DNA of 64,000 nt, from NCBI GenBank assembly GCA_976226885.1, contig OZ320316.1:78244001-78308000 (forward strand). The letters run 5' to 3'. The stretch is from Iphione sp. A-MEVVRFRX5 (Eukaryota). The translations under genes were made by a program, and so were the position numbers. Under the pieces are notes generated by a model, which worked only from the letters and a program-made list of their open reading frames with translations, was not told where the DNA came from and did not search any database. Positions 13,915 to 27,069 of the stretch are shown here, one piece after another (position 1 is the first letter of the stretch; each line of letters starts with the position of its first letter).

Positions 13915-15240
13915 ACCACACCTATTAATTACTATTCTGTTATTTGTTGCCCAGCACAGGATATTATTCAGGTCATGTTGTAGATTTTATCACTGTCATC
14001 TTGTGTTTTCCCTGTACTGAAAACCGCCACATCATCTGCATAAATTATTACTTCACTATTACAACTAGAAGTCGGTAAGTCATTAATAAAAATAGTAAAC
14101 AAAAGGGGTCCTAGGACAGAACCCTGTGGAACCCCACATTTAATTCCATGCTTCTCCGATTCTACTCCTTTCATTTTTGTAATTTGAAACCTATCTGTTA
14201 AATAACTTGACATCCATGGTACCAAAGGCCCTAGTCCTAACGCAATCATTTAGTATTATTTTATGTGAAACAGAATCGAAGGTCAAAGGAAAAATCAATA
14301 TGACCAACAGAAACATATTGACTATCATTAAGGTTTTGATGAATGTAGTTCAATACGCCATAAATGGCAGTATAGTATAGTGTAGTGGTAATAGACTTAT
14401 TGGTCTAAAATCATTAGGATTGTCCCTTGGTTCCGTCTTATACAACGGGGTAACATATCTTCCATCTTTTAAGGACATAACCGCGTTCATTTTTATTACA
14501 TATTCCAGTTCAGTGTCTAATGTTATCCACACTTCTATCCATATCTTACAATGTATATTGCCCCTAAGACTAGCCTTGTTGTTACAAAGAGCTAAGATCT
14601 GTTTCAGCAAGTCATCTGGAATTATTAATTCCTCGGCATATGCTGGATAATCAGATTTGATTCTAGTAGTAGCAAATTAGCATTAACTTCATTATCCTCA
14701 CTCGCCCAAAAAACAACACCATCAATTTTCTTTTTTTGACCTAGTTCAAATTTTAATTCTCTCTAAAACTTCTGAGGCTTATCCTTTGCATTATCGAGTT
14801 TTTCTGTTATGTATTTCCTCTTCAGACTTAAACCCAGTTTATAGACATCAACCCCAATTTGTTTTGCTACTAATTTATCAACATCACTCCCACTGTTACG
14901 ATATTTCCTAAAAGCTTGATCCTTTTTTCTTACCAACTCTAAAAACTCTCCATTTGTCCAACTCAGTGCATCTTTTCTCATTCTTATTGTTTTCACTTTA
15001 CATATCCTATGTACCGTTTGTATGATTTTATTTAAGATCCATATCTTTCATATCATAAAAACTATCCCAACTTATATTTATTAGAATTCGATTTAGTTCA
15101 AGTAAATCAAGGTTTGCATAGTAATATATTTTCTTTGTTGCATATTCATAGTTCCTTTTAACCTTTAGTATTATTAAAACTTCAAGCAGGTTATGGTCGC
15201 TAACGGCCTCATCTAAGAAAATGAGAGCCATGATGACCTA
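13915..15240 (-). mobile_element. Degenerate CR1/L2-type LINE ORF2 fragment
   Basis: VSDHNLL (EN end), YKTEPRDNPNDFRPISLLP, GVPQGSVLGPLLFTIFINDLP, YADDVAV, then LQHDLNNILCWATNN after a frameshift. Confidence 0.92.
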
Positions 15241-16612
15241 CATTAGGGTACATTTTCATATATGAATGTTATGTATTATTACATAGATATTAAATTTAAT
15301 AGAATATGATAAATGCTGTTCTCTGTTACTTTCATCTATAACAATTCCTAAGAAAATCACAGTTTCTTTCATAAGAAGTCATTTCTGGCTTTGTATTAGT
15401 ATTAATGAAGACATTGCTGATACGCTATTTTAGGGTGATATATATCACATACCAAGCTATGTAAAATATGTTCAGTGCTATGTATCAGAATCAATTAGGT
15501 ACCAAAATGTGGGAAAATACTTGCTCTACACTTTTCTAGTGGGCATTTTCCAATAAAAACAATATTTAACCCTGTTATATTGCATAATTTGGAAAACATT
15601 GTAAATTTGTCAAAATTTTCTCGTGAGATATGGTCTTTTTAACCTCACCTGGTTGCCATGGCAACCATATGGAAACAAAGGGATTCTATTCAGATATAGT
15701 AGAAATTGCCGGCTTTAAAATGATATATGAAATATGTTAATATTCAGAGCAAACCCATGTCCCCCAGCAGAAATCAGTCTTCAGAAATCCCTTATGTATT
15801 GGAAAACCTTAATTTTTCTTAGTCAGATTATATAGGAAATAATCCACTGTAACAATTAGAGGTACGTCCCTGTGTATATTATATATATATATAAAGTTCT
15901 AGGGGTCGTGAGGCACACCTAAAGCTCACTATGAATATCATTCCATTGGTATGACATTCGATGTTTGACATTAAAAGGTCTACAGAATGTGTTGTTAATG
16001 GCAAAGTCAGGAAATCGGACCTTGCATATGCAGCGGACAGTCAGAATACACAAAACCATCTTATTCATGTTCAAGCGATTTTAAAATTATCCTAACTTTG
16101 TTGTCATACAGCTGTATAGGAGTTTCAGTTGAGTATCATAAGCTTCAAGTTTCTGCTTGCAGCATTTCATTGCATGCCTCTAAAGACCAAACTTCCTCAA
16201 AATTCAAAATGACTATGTGGACTTTTAGGCTTGAATTGGTCGATTTCTCCTACTTGGAATATAGCATGTTGCTCAATGATTTATCTCCTCTCCCAACATA
16301 AAATCTAAACTGAACTATTCATGCCAAGCAAGCAGTCGCTTTTGGGTATTCATTTACAAGTTTAAAAAACACCTTCTGTGTAATTTCCTACAATAGCCTA
16401 TTCGCAATTGAAATATACACTCACTGCAAAGAACTACCTATTTCACTACTGGGATAATTGCTGAGTGCCAGTCTACTGCTAGCAGGTCAAAACACGGACA
16501 CGGAAATGAGCACTTCATTTAAATGAAATAGTCCCTCAGATCAGCTATATTTTACTTCTTGTAAAAAAAGGGGAAGCAAATTTCTTCATAAAGATTACAC
16601 TCTGCTGTCCAG

Positions 16613-17008
16613 TCACACACTGGGCTGCAAGGTTGAAAAATTCAAGCAATCTGCAGGTTTCATTCTCGGAAAGACTGTCTCAATCTGTGGGCTAGATATG
16701 TCGAAAGAGCAATTATCTTGAACCTCTCCTGACGGAAGAATCTGCCACCCGCTCCATCCCCCATCGAACACATGGAAGGAAACCCATCCCATCTGCCAGC
16801 GTAGACGAATAATGATAACAGCGTAATTACTCATGGTTGATATATAAACTAGGAAAACATTGATGGCAGTGGCACAAGCAAGTCAATCTGTAACGAAGCT
16901 CCTCTAATATTACCAGCGGTTCAACTGCTTGAGTCTTCCCGCCTATTCGGTCTATCCACTTGTCTCTTGGAAGACACATGTCTGTTTTCAGGTCTGGACC
17001 ATAGTCAC
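16613..17008 (-). CDS. Candidate last two exons (16914-17008, 16613-16792) of an unidentified gene
   Basis: GT-AG 121-nt intron with matching phase 0; joined peptide GDYGPDLKTDMCLPRDKWIDRIGGKTQAVEPL|MGWVSFHVFDGGWSGWQILPSGEVQD...LQPSV*. Not recognised; the opposite strand also offers an exon-like reading. Confidence 0.3.
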
Positions 17009-18802
17009 CTGGTTATCCTTCGTTGTTCTAAATATTGCCTTCTGGTGTATAATTTGAATACAAATTTCCTTTTTAAAATACACTAGAGAGATATAAGAAT
17101 TAAACAATATTCAAGTGTATAATACTCCAACTTTATAATTCATTTATATAGACAAATTATAATGATAGAATGAAGTACACCATTGTTGGAAATTAGATAA
17201 TGTGAGGGAAGACAACAAAACCCAACAACAATTAAAATCAGTTGGCTTTATTCAAATTCCGACTTTCGGAACTGCAGTGGAAACTCTGTTAACGTAAACC
17301 CTGCCCTGGCGCACAACCCGTACTGCAGACAAAAATACACCAGAACCATCCAAGAAGTGTATATTTCATGTTTACTGCCCCCCGGCCACTGCGGACACTC
17401 ACCTACAGTAGACAACCACCTGTAGACACCCCTTTTGGATTACCTAACATTGATTTTGATAAGGTATAGTGGACAGGCTGGGAGAAGTCGGACATCTGCT
17501 CAGACCTTTCCAGAACTCGGGAGGGCCAGCGCGACGATACCGACCATCTCCTCAGACCTCTGTTTATTTGCTCTTCATCAGGGAGTTGCTATAAATTCTT
17601 CATTGGTATTACTAGTTTAGGTAACTGATAGTTTTCCCAAAATTATTGGAAAATGTATTGTTGTGGTAATTAACAACTTTCCTTCTCCAGGCCTGTAAAA
17701 AGTAATTTTCTCTTTATTACCAGTCCTAGTCATCGGGTTCTCACTATTTAATCCCTCTGGAGAGAGACTGAACTCACACACAAACATTCAGTTCTCTCTT
17801 GTAAAGAAAAGATATATGAAAAGTATATTAACGGTGAATATTTATCACTATACGACCCCAATCTGTCAGGAGTAAGGCTTACCTCCAGATACCCGCGCAG
17901 CTGCGTCAACTTGCAGGGAAATGTTACAATACGGAACACAAATATAGATATTTAAGGATACCGTCAGAAAATCCCCAGGCTGGGGACATGCCTTTTACTG
18001 ATTGAAAGTTTCTGCTTTTTGGGGATATCCCCAGTCTTGGATGTTACCATGTGTAACCACAATATAATGTATTATCATGTGTTGTTGTTTCACTCATTCT
18101 ACTGTATCTAGAGCTTAATACACATGTTCAAAACTAAATAAGGACATATGAAACTAAAGGTATCATTAAATCTATTTGCTCCCAGGTGATAAGTAACATC
18201 GGTGAGGATGAGAAACCATCCAAACAAATCTGTGTTCACGCCCTCCCCATGTGGCCAGCCTCTTTGCCGGAGAATACCTTAAATACCACATCACACCAAA
18301 AGTCTCAAATTAAGCTGCACGAAAGTCATCATAAGGCCTAAAATACTGTGTGTAACATGCTGGAAAAGTCTAGGGTCAGTAGCTTGGTGACTGTAATTAT
18401 TGTAATTATTGTAATGTTATTTGCCCTATATGGGTTTTAATGAAAGCTAGTAACCTAAAGAACACAATGGTATATTGTATGAGTCTCTACCTTTATTCAT
18501 TCTCAAGATATTAACAAAGAAAGAAAATATGTTCCAGTTGCACAAGTATCAGGGTAAGTTGGACTACCGGAAACAGATATTTTTTCACTGGGCCTAACTG
18601 ACAGAATCCTTTGAAGAGCATGACAGAAGCTCGTGTATCCTGACTGAAGGGTGTGGGTATCCCCAACAATGTGATTTGTCATACATTTGAAACCCCGTTT
18701 CCGACCGCCACCTAGATCTGAGCTCAAATGATCGGAAGAGCAAGAATGGTTAGGATTAGATATCGGGTTGGGGGAGGGGGTCAGGCATGAAATAAACTCT
18801 CT

Positions 18803-18806
<4 letters not shown>

Positions 18807-18858
<52 letters not shown>
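18807..18858. repeat. (CT)n microsatellite
   Basis: Near-perfect CT run; explains ORFs 18503-18982 and 18768-19064. Confidence 0.97.
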
Positions 18859-18860
<2 letters not shown>

Positions 18861-20899
18861 CCACCACCCAATGTAGCCCAGTGTAGTGTTTTGACTGTAT
18901 ATAGAATAGATAGGAAAAAGGTTAGGTCCTTCCCTGCTGAGGGGGTTCCCCTCTTTGGAGGTGTCCAAGTACGAGGTTTCACTTTACAAATATATTATAC
19001 TATTGCACAAACAGTATACAGTCTATATCATACCAAGCATCCGGGTCTTCACAACTTCAAATAAATAATAAAATTACACAAAATGTATCACTGTTTCGAC
19101 CAAATGTTTTATCCGAAGTTGAAATCCTATTTAATGAATGTCATTGTATGAGTCATTTTTCTGATTTTGGAGCAGCCATAATCAACTGATGCAACGGGGA
19201 AAATGATACCATTTACATTAACTGATGAATTACGTCGCATATATTTGAATTTTTAAGTGGAATAACGTTTCAACTCTCAAAATGTGTAAACCTGCACCCT
19301 TTTCTGCATTTTCTCTGGGCTAGACACGTCCGTGTCTGTAACCAACAGAATCAGATTTCAGATTTCCTCTCCAGCCGTATTGCATTTGGGCTGATTTAAA
19401 TCATTGTAAATGTAACAGAAGTACAGTTGTGACAAGCAGTTGTTTTGATATGTGAAAATGGCATTCAGAATGTCATTAAATTGTGCATGGTGATCCATGA
19501 TGGTGTCATTTGATAAACATGAATAATATTTAAAAGGGATAGAATCCCTTTCCTTTATTATAAGATACATTTGTTTCTATTGCATCTCGCCACAATGCGG
19601 CTAGATGACCCGAACAGGACATAAAGACCTGTACGCCATATTATATGTGTACCTATATTCCAATGGGAAATAAGTTGATTTTGAAGCGTTCATTCATTTC
19701 TTGGAAGACCATCACAATCTAACACTTTTCATGGCATTGTGTTCATAAAATATCGTTTTCGCCGTTAAAACCATGTCGTTTATGTAAAACACAAATTGAC
19801 AAATAGTGACTATTTTACAGCACCACCGGTATTCTGGGTTTTCTCAATATTGTCAGCATTTCAAAAGCAGCAAGGAGTGTACAGGCAAATATATTAGTAC
19901 TTCTTTTATTTTCTGTCTAGAATCTTGGAAGAAAATCTATTTCAAAACTTTATATGGGACAGCTGCAGTGAAATATTCTGCCGGTAAATATCTCTTAGTT
20001 GAGAGGATATGTGTCCAAAATGTCTCGATAGAAGGTAAGATGGTCATATTTGTACAGCATGCCAAAGGCTTCCGAGAAAGGTTACAGTTACGTGTGTAAC
20101 ATGTATGCAACAAATATTGGGAGGGAGCAGCATCCACACCTTTCCATCTTTAGCCATATAACAGTTTGGGCGGTGTCAGCTGCCAATGTGTATGTACGCA
20201 ATAAGTGGATTTAAAATAGGCACCTAATTAAAGCAATCTAATCTAACGGTATGCGAAAAAAATCCTACATGTGCCAAAACGTCCACACCGGGAGGAAATC
20301 GATTTAACCGTCGATTGATCGAAACTTGTTCAGCGGGTTTCTTTTCATGTTGTTATTAGGCGTCTTTAATGCGCTAAATCACGTTTCTGGTGAGTAATTA
20401 AATGGGAGCCTCGCATGATTGAGGCCAGTGTTACTCACCACCAGTCGTCTCTGAGTACGACAAGCAAAGGAAAGCGGCACCTGATGACATAAAGCTGAAT
20501 TTCTATGTGCTCTCCATGCCGCACACTGCTGTCATGGGTGGCCAAGTCACCATGTCCATCTGAGTCATCCATGTTTTCGAATGGGACATGTCTCTTTTTT
20601 CATGGTGGGCAGATCCATGTTTTGCACCATGTGATCACATTGTCATCACAGGTGACTGTCGGAAACCTCTCCACATGTCGTTTGGTGTTTGTTGATGTTC
20701 TTCCTATACTTGGTTAGCATGACAGGTGGCAGGTGCAGCATGCATGTCATGCCGTTGGTATGTCAATGAAACCCTACGACCTGATAGCATGTATATATAT
20801 TTATGTGTAGTGGAATTTGCTGTAGAGTATAACTTCAGTTCTATTCCATTCAAATATTTCTGACATTCTTTTTCAATTTCTCACAATATCTTCAATGAG

Positions 20900-21053
20900 A
20901 TGGTATGCTTAACCTTCATCCAGAATGAACAACTCATCGAATTCTGCTAGAATGTTCATCTGTACGATAAGTCTAGGGAAGATTACAAGTACATAGTCAA
21001 GGGCAATACATGGAATACCACTGCAGAGGCGATCAGGAGAAGTGGAGTCAACG
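20900..21053 (+). pseudogene. MADF/Myb-SANT-like domain relic (possibly PIF/Harbinger accessory gene)
   Basis: MVCLTFIQNEQLIEFC*NVHLYDKSREDYKYIVKGNTWNTTAEAI follows the MADF pattern LIE..P.LYD...YK..K..W..IA; in-frame TAG at 20948-50; GTAAGT donor at 21054. Confidence 0.5.
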
Positions 21054-22145
21054 GTAAGTGTAGCCTATAGTATTAATTTTAGCAAGAAGCAGGTAAGACG
21101 TAAAAGGAAATATAGGGGCATTGTATAAGAAACAGTAGGACAGTAAAATGTCTGTAATAGTCATGAAAAACGGAAAGACATTTAAAACGTTGGCAGAGCT
21201 CAGTAAGACATGTTAAAAGTTGGTGTAGCAAAACTTGGTAAGCCATTAAAAAGAGTCAAGCAAAAATGTTAAGATGTAAAACAGTAAGACATGAAGTCGT
21301 GAAAAAAGTATGAGTATTAGTAACAAATGATAAGGCATGCAAAAATGATTGACTGTATTTGAAAACGTTTTGTACGAATCGGTACAACATTAGTTATATC
21401 GAACAAACTTCTTCCCACACTGTCATCTGAGTAAGGTCGTTGTTTGAAACAATTGAATGCCCTGATGAGAACGTCATCTTTGTATGGTTTGATTGCGTAG
21501 CAACACTTCATTTTATTATTCCTTCCTACATAACCTACTCAACAACAACCTGATGAGACATAGTACTGTAATAAGCGTGTTTGTACTCCCACTTGGTGAC
21601 TCTAACTATGGTATGTCCAATCCTAATTTGCCTAATCCAAGGTAGCTTATGTGTTAATACTCTCACTTGGTAACTCCAGATATGTGTGATATTATCCTGG
21701 CTTTGTTACTCCTTGTGTTCCCAATAAGAGGCTATATGGTAAGTCTTCCCTTAAGGTATTCCAAGTGGGTATGTGTTCCTAACAACTCCCCTGAAGAGAC
21801 AAGTTCCACAACGGTATCCAAGTGCAGACTGGTTAATTGGTCACACAGGACCCATATTTGTAGTAACTCTCAAGGCCAGGTGTTCACTTGTCTTAGCAAC
21901 AACATATAACATGATGGAATAAAATGGTTACAAACTGACTTGTGTTATTACTGTCCACCAATCAGCTCACAGCTGTTTAGCTATAAAGTAGTAATGGCCT
22001 GGATCCCCAGGGTCCAAGGTCACCTGCTAGCTTACCAGGGGTATTTAGTGCGATGTTTAGCCTATAAATCAGTTGTGGTGCCATGAGCAGGCTCCCTGGG
22101 GTCATTCAGTACACCCCAAACTCTCATGGTGCCAGGAACTGTCAT

Positions 22146-22316
22146 AGTACATCAGATACAGTCTTCCTTAGCCCTATGCTGGTGGTACCACGAACCATTA
22201 CAGAGTACATCAGATACAGACTTACTTAGCCTTATGCTGGTGGTACCATGAACCGCTTTAGTACAGAGTACATCAGATACAGACTTACTTAGCCTTATGC
22301 TGGTGGTACCACGAAC
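22146..22316. repeat. Tandem repeat ~57-63 bp, 3 copies (agtacatcagatacagacttacttagccttatgctggtggtacc)
   Basis: Three near-identical copies read directly. Confidence 0.9.
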
Positions 22317-22611
22317 ACTCCTGCACTACTGCAGAAGCTGCTGTCAGTAACCTGCGGCAAAATTGATATCGTCTCATGTGTAATAGACTTACTAACTTTA
22401 CGTGCAGAGTACACATTCTATCCTTATTCACAGTGGTATGACACTTAGCTATCAAAGGTCAGGTTGAGCATTAACTACTGCTTATGCACAGTAACACTAC
22501 CATGCAGGGCATATGCTGACTTCACCTTGAAAAGACATTATGACAGAACTTACTTTATCTCCAATTGAAAATATTCACAGTCATCAGTGTGCCTAACACA
22601 CAACATTACAC

Positions 22612-25564
22612 ATGGCATTCTACAGCCAAATATTAGGGCCAGAACCCCTAGGAGGTCACTTTAACTATGGTTGCAAGTCTCGAATTGCCTCAGCTCTCAC
22701 CAACGTATTAGCAGGGAAAGGCTTGAAGCAAATTGTCCTAGGTGCGACAATGGTCAATGGTAATTCTTGCCTTGACCATGTTTGGACAAGATCGGAGATC
22801 TTCTGTGAGGTGGCCATACTCGACTGGCTACTAAGCGACCACTGGCCGGTCTCCTTCCGCTTAAAGCGAGGAGTCCAGCACAAACCCTCTGAACTAGTGA
22901 CCTACAGGCCTTGGCACCTGGCAAACCTAGAACAACTGATTGATACTGTCCGTCACGAAGGCATTGTAATGACAGACAATCACTCAGACTCCTGGGATCA
23001 CTTCGCAGCGACTTGTAAAGATATGCTGCTGGATATGTGCCTACCTAAACAAAGACGTTTGAGACCTGATCAAAACAACTTTAAACTAGATGCAGTAGTA
23101 ATTGGTCTCATTAGAGACAGACAATACTTCATCAGGAAATGGAAAAATATGGGTTGTTTGGACTCAAAACGGATCATCAAATTCCTCACAAGAAGGATAA
23201 AACAGGCGATTCAAGCCAAAAAAAGACAACATTGGCAGGCCAAAATCAATGCCTCCAAAGGGAACTCAGCTGAGCTTTGGAAGATACTGAATGAGGCCCT
23301 AGGCAGGGGTAGTACTCAAAATGTACTACCTGGACAACGAAACCTGGAGACGGATGATCTAATCAAGCTCTCGAATGATTTTAACACACACTTTGTAGAC
23401 TCGGTTGCATGCCTAGCTAAACCTGCTCAGAGCAGCAGTACTATTAAAAGAGGCACGGCCAATCAGTGTTTCAAGCTGGGTGAGATCACACCTACAACAC
23501 TACGTCCTTTTGTGACCAAACTCAGAACAAACAAAGCATCTGGAATTGATGGGGTACCAAGCCGGCTGTTGAAGCACATCTTGCTAAGCTGCTTGGACTT
23601 CGTAAGCTGGCTTTTCAACAAGATTTGTGCTACTGGAACGTATCCAACAGCATGGAAGGTTGCCAGGGTCACACCTATTCATAAGAAAGGTGACCCTGAC
23701 AACCTTAGCAATTACAGGCCGGTATCCATTTTGCCAGCTCCTGGCAAGATCTGGGAATCATGGCTAGTAGCTTCTATTCACCCGTATCTACTTAAGAAGG
23801 GGGTGATTAGCAACACACAGCATGGCTTCACCCCGGGACGAAGCACTGAAACTGCAATTGCGGCAATAATCAGTCAAACCTGGGAGATGCTGAATGACAA
23901 CAGGTACTGCTGCATTATGACATTTGATCTCAGAAAAGCCTTTGACCTAGATCAACATAAACTGATTGAGTCAAGGCTTCTACAAGCTGGGGTAGGAATG
24001 GAGACACTGAGAATGATCAGAGGATATTTTTCTGACCGGGAACAGTATGTTAAACTGGGCAACTCAGTCTCTAACTTGAAGAAGCTGAAGCAAGGGGTCC
24101 CCCAGGGGTCAGTCTTAGGGCCCCTGGCATTCAACATCGCTGTTGACGAAATAGTGATGATCCTCCCACAATGCACAGTGGGCACACTGTACGCCGATCA
24201 CCTGACAGTCCTCTGCCATGGTCAGGACCTATTACATTTAAGGTCAATAGTGCAACAAACTGCCAACAGTGTCTCAAAGTGGTGCTCTGAAAATGGGTTC
24301 CTACTGAGTGAGGCAAAATGCCTACATATGCCTCTCGGAACAGCGAGTGGTCTTGACTTAGACATCCAGCTGAACAACATCAAGCTCGAAGCCACTACCA
24401 GTATCTCTTTGCTAGGATACCTGGTGGATGCAAGGCTGACCTTCAAGCCAAGCCTTGGCAATCTAAAGAAAAAAATGTGGTCTACGTCTCTCATGATCAG
24501 TAGACAGAAAAAGGTTCTCCCCTTAGGGGCCCGAAAGACGCTCCTTAAAGCGCTAGTCTGGAGCCACTTGCACTACCAGGCGCTGCTCTACTTTAGTGCA
24601 AAGAGCAGCAAGCTGAACAGCCTTCAAATTCACGCCAATAGATGCTGCAGACTAGCCGTACAAACAGGTGAGTTTCTCAGTGCTAGGCGCCTCAGAGAGA
24701 TCCTGTCAGTTAGCAAGGTAGAGGATCTGGTGAGATCCCACAGGATAAGGGCTGTGCATCGCCTTATAAAACTAGGTCACCTGGGCAAGGCACCTGTGAC
24801 CAAGACTCGCTTAGGCAGCGGCACAAAAGGTCCAAGAGGGCTGATCCTGAAACCAAAGAATGCTGCATTCTCAAGATGTCTAAGGCACAAAGGCGTCCTA
24901 GACTGGAATTCCCTTGATCCCTCTCTAAAGAGATCTGAGAAGCCCACCCTTGCTCAAATTCTAGACGCGGTTGCTCGCGCCTAAATACCTTTCCTGACTT
25001 TAGAGGGTCTGGAGGTACCTCACACACTGGGCCTAACTAACGACATATGGCTGGGAATGTATTTCAGCGACAACTGGTGAATGACTCTTGATTTCAAGAT
25101 GTGACATCAGATTATGCAGGGCTAGGGGTGGTACAGAAATTACCCAACATACATCCGCAATGTGCTGTAGCCTCGACGAATATAATGTAGCCAACTAACT
25201 CATGACCGACTGCCACAGATGACATGTTAATCTACTGGCTCCCTACTTGACTGCATACCCGAGCATCAGCTTGAGAACTAATGACAACACTCAGCAATGT
25301 TATAACTGGCTATTAAATCACATGTGTATCATGTTTTACTGCACCCTCTGCATCTGAACTAATGCACCCTGCTGAGAATTCCTGCTGCAATACTCAGGTG
25401 CTGCTAAATCGATGTCTCATCAATGTACACCTATTCGGTTTCTCCAAACTTAGTTTTCTACCTACCGTTCTTATGACATAAATTTGTCCATATATTGTGC
25501 TGTGATAACTCTGGACTTGTATTCGGAGAGGCTCAATAAAGATATTCATTCATTCATTCATTCA
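22612..25564 (+). mobile_element. 5'-truncated CR1/L2-type LINE with uninterrupted 790-codon ORF2, 3'UTR and (TTCA)n tail
   Basis: ORF 22612-24984: LDHVW..LSDHWP (EN end), YRPVSILP..KIWE, QHGF..GRST, FDLRKAFD, GVPQGSVLGP, YADH, LLGYLVD. AATAAA at 25535 followed by (ttca)5 to 25564. Confidence 0.95.
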
Positions 25565-25589
25565 AATTGGTAATTCTGCTGAACTTACA

Positions 25590-25780
25590 TACATTCCACT
25601 GTTTTGGGCCCGATTTGCATGAATTTCACTGTTTTTGTCTACATTTGTATGAATGCACCAGTTTTTGAGCATATTTGCATGAATTTCGCCATTATTTAAA
25701 ATAGAATTTGCATGAATTTTCCTGTTTTCTGGCAGATTTGCATGGATTTCACTATTTTTCTACCAAATTTACATGGATTT
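25590..25780. repeat. Degenerate ~32-bp minisatellite (tttgcatgaatttc..ttttt)
   Basis: About six periodic tttgcatgaattt motifs. Confidence 0.8.
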
Positions 25781-26072
25781 TGTGGTCTAAACCCAACACT
25801 GTGCAGTCTAAGCCCTCTGATTCTAAAGCTGCCAATTTGCAGTCTTAACCAACAAATTTGGGCCATCTTGTGCTAATATTTCAGGTCTGACCTTAGACGA
25901 TGAATGAATAACACCTCAAAATGATCTGTTTAGGGAGGAGTGGTTGTCTTCATACCTCTGGTCTCGAAATTCAAACAGTTGCAAACAGACATGAAAATAC
26001 AAGAGAAACAACTCTAAAATGCATGGTTGCAGGGTGGAAATTGGTCTGGTCACACATTGGTAATTTCACATA

Positions 26073-26250
26073 CAGTGGAGTGTCTATTTCAGACCACCAC
26101 TCTGTTACAAGCTCAAATGGTTGTACTGGTGAATTAGGTCATAAATAGCGTATCAAATATATAGAAATCAATACTTTGGTTCCCAGCTCAGGTGGCCGTA
26201 ATAGCAAGAATGGTCGGAAATCAATGTGGTCGGAAATTAAGACTCCACTG
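26073..26250. mobile_element. MITE (TA TSD, CAGTGGAGT termini)
   Basis: ta-cagtggagtgtctatttcagaccac ... gtggtcggaaattaagactccactg-ta. Confidence 0.88.
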
Positions 26251-27069
26251 TAAATGCAAATACGAAAAATATTTCTGTTCTCTTCTAAAATGGTCATATT
26301 AGCAAATTTAGTGTCAAATTGGTATGGTCACAAATCAGCATTTCATTGTACTTTGATGTTGCACATGTACTTAAGATTATCTGTGATGTGCAATTTCTCA
26401 TGCCAATTGTACTTTTTTGATGCACTTCCCTTTGTCTGCACCTATGTTTCGTACATTGTACCGTGAAAGTTCTGCAAGTTGGAGATGTTCAATAAAGAAA
26501 TTCTTATTTTTATTCTTATCAATTGAAGTTTTGTACCTAATCATGTGTGTGGTTCTTCGATTGTCTTACTCCTAAGCAATTCCTGTGCAATTCCACTACA
26601 TGGCCATTTTGTGCTTTGGGCATTTCACATCTGTTCTAATTTACACCCTGGTTACAATATAAATGGCTATGGAAAAATGAAGTCTTCTTTAATTTAACGG
26701 AATAATGAATAGATAAATATCCTTTGTCAGTTACACTATCACTATTCTTGTTAACGTAATGCCTCCTTAATAATGTTACACTTTGAAAAAGTATTTCTTG
26801 TGCATATTTTGTTATTTTTAAACAGTTTTATTATCGAAACCTGATTTAGTACTAGACATATATGGGAATAATCTGGAGTTACCCAATCAGTGAACATAGA
26901 ACCAAAATTGACTAGAGTTCAAAGCACTACACTCAAAATAATAGACATTACATTTATTTCAGAGAAAAAAATGATGATAATTATGACATGTACTTCGATT
27001 AAAAACATAACAAGAAAAAAATGTAGTTTAATGTGTCATATATGTTAAATGCTTGAGTATAAGTGAATA

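Noticed and set aside
11789-15240. Single LINE interrupted by two insertions
   Set aside because: Both pieces contain the post-YADD W..N....N..KT region, so they overlap in homologous position and are more likely two separate copies.
20439-21020. Minus-strand exon pair (20914-21020, 20439-20480) encoding GIPCIALDY...DEGAAFLCLSYS
   Set aside because: Splice sites and phases fit, but the larger exon is the antisense of the MADF-like reading, which explains the sequence better.
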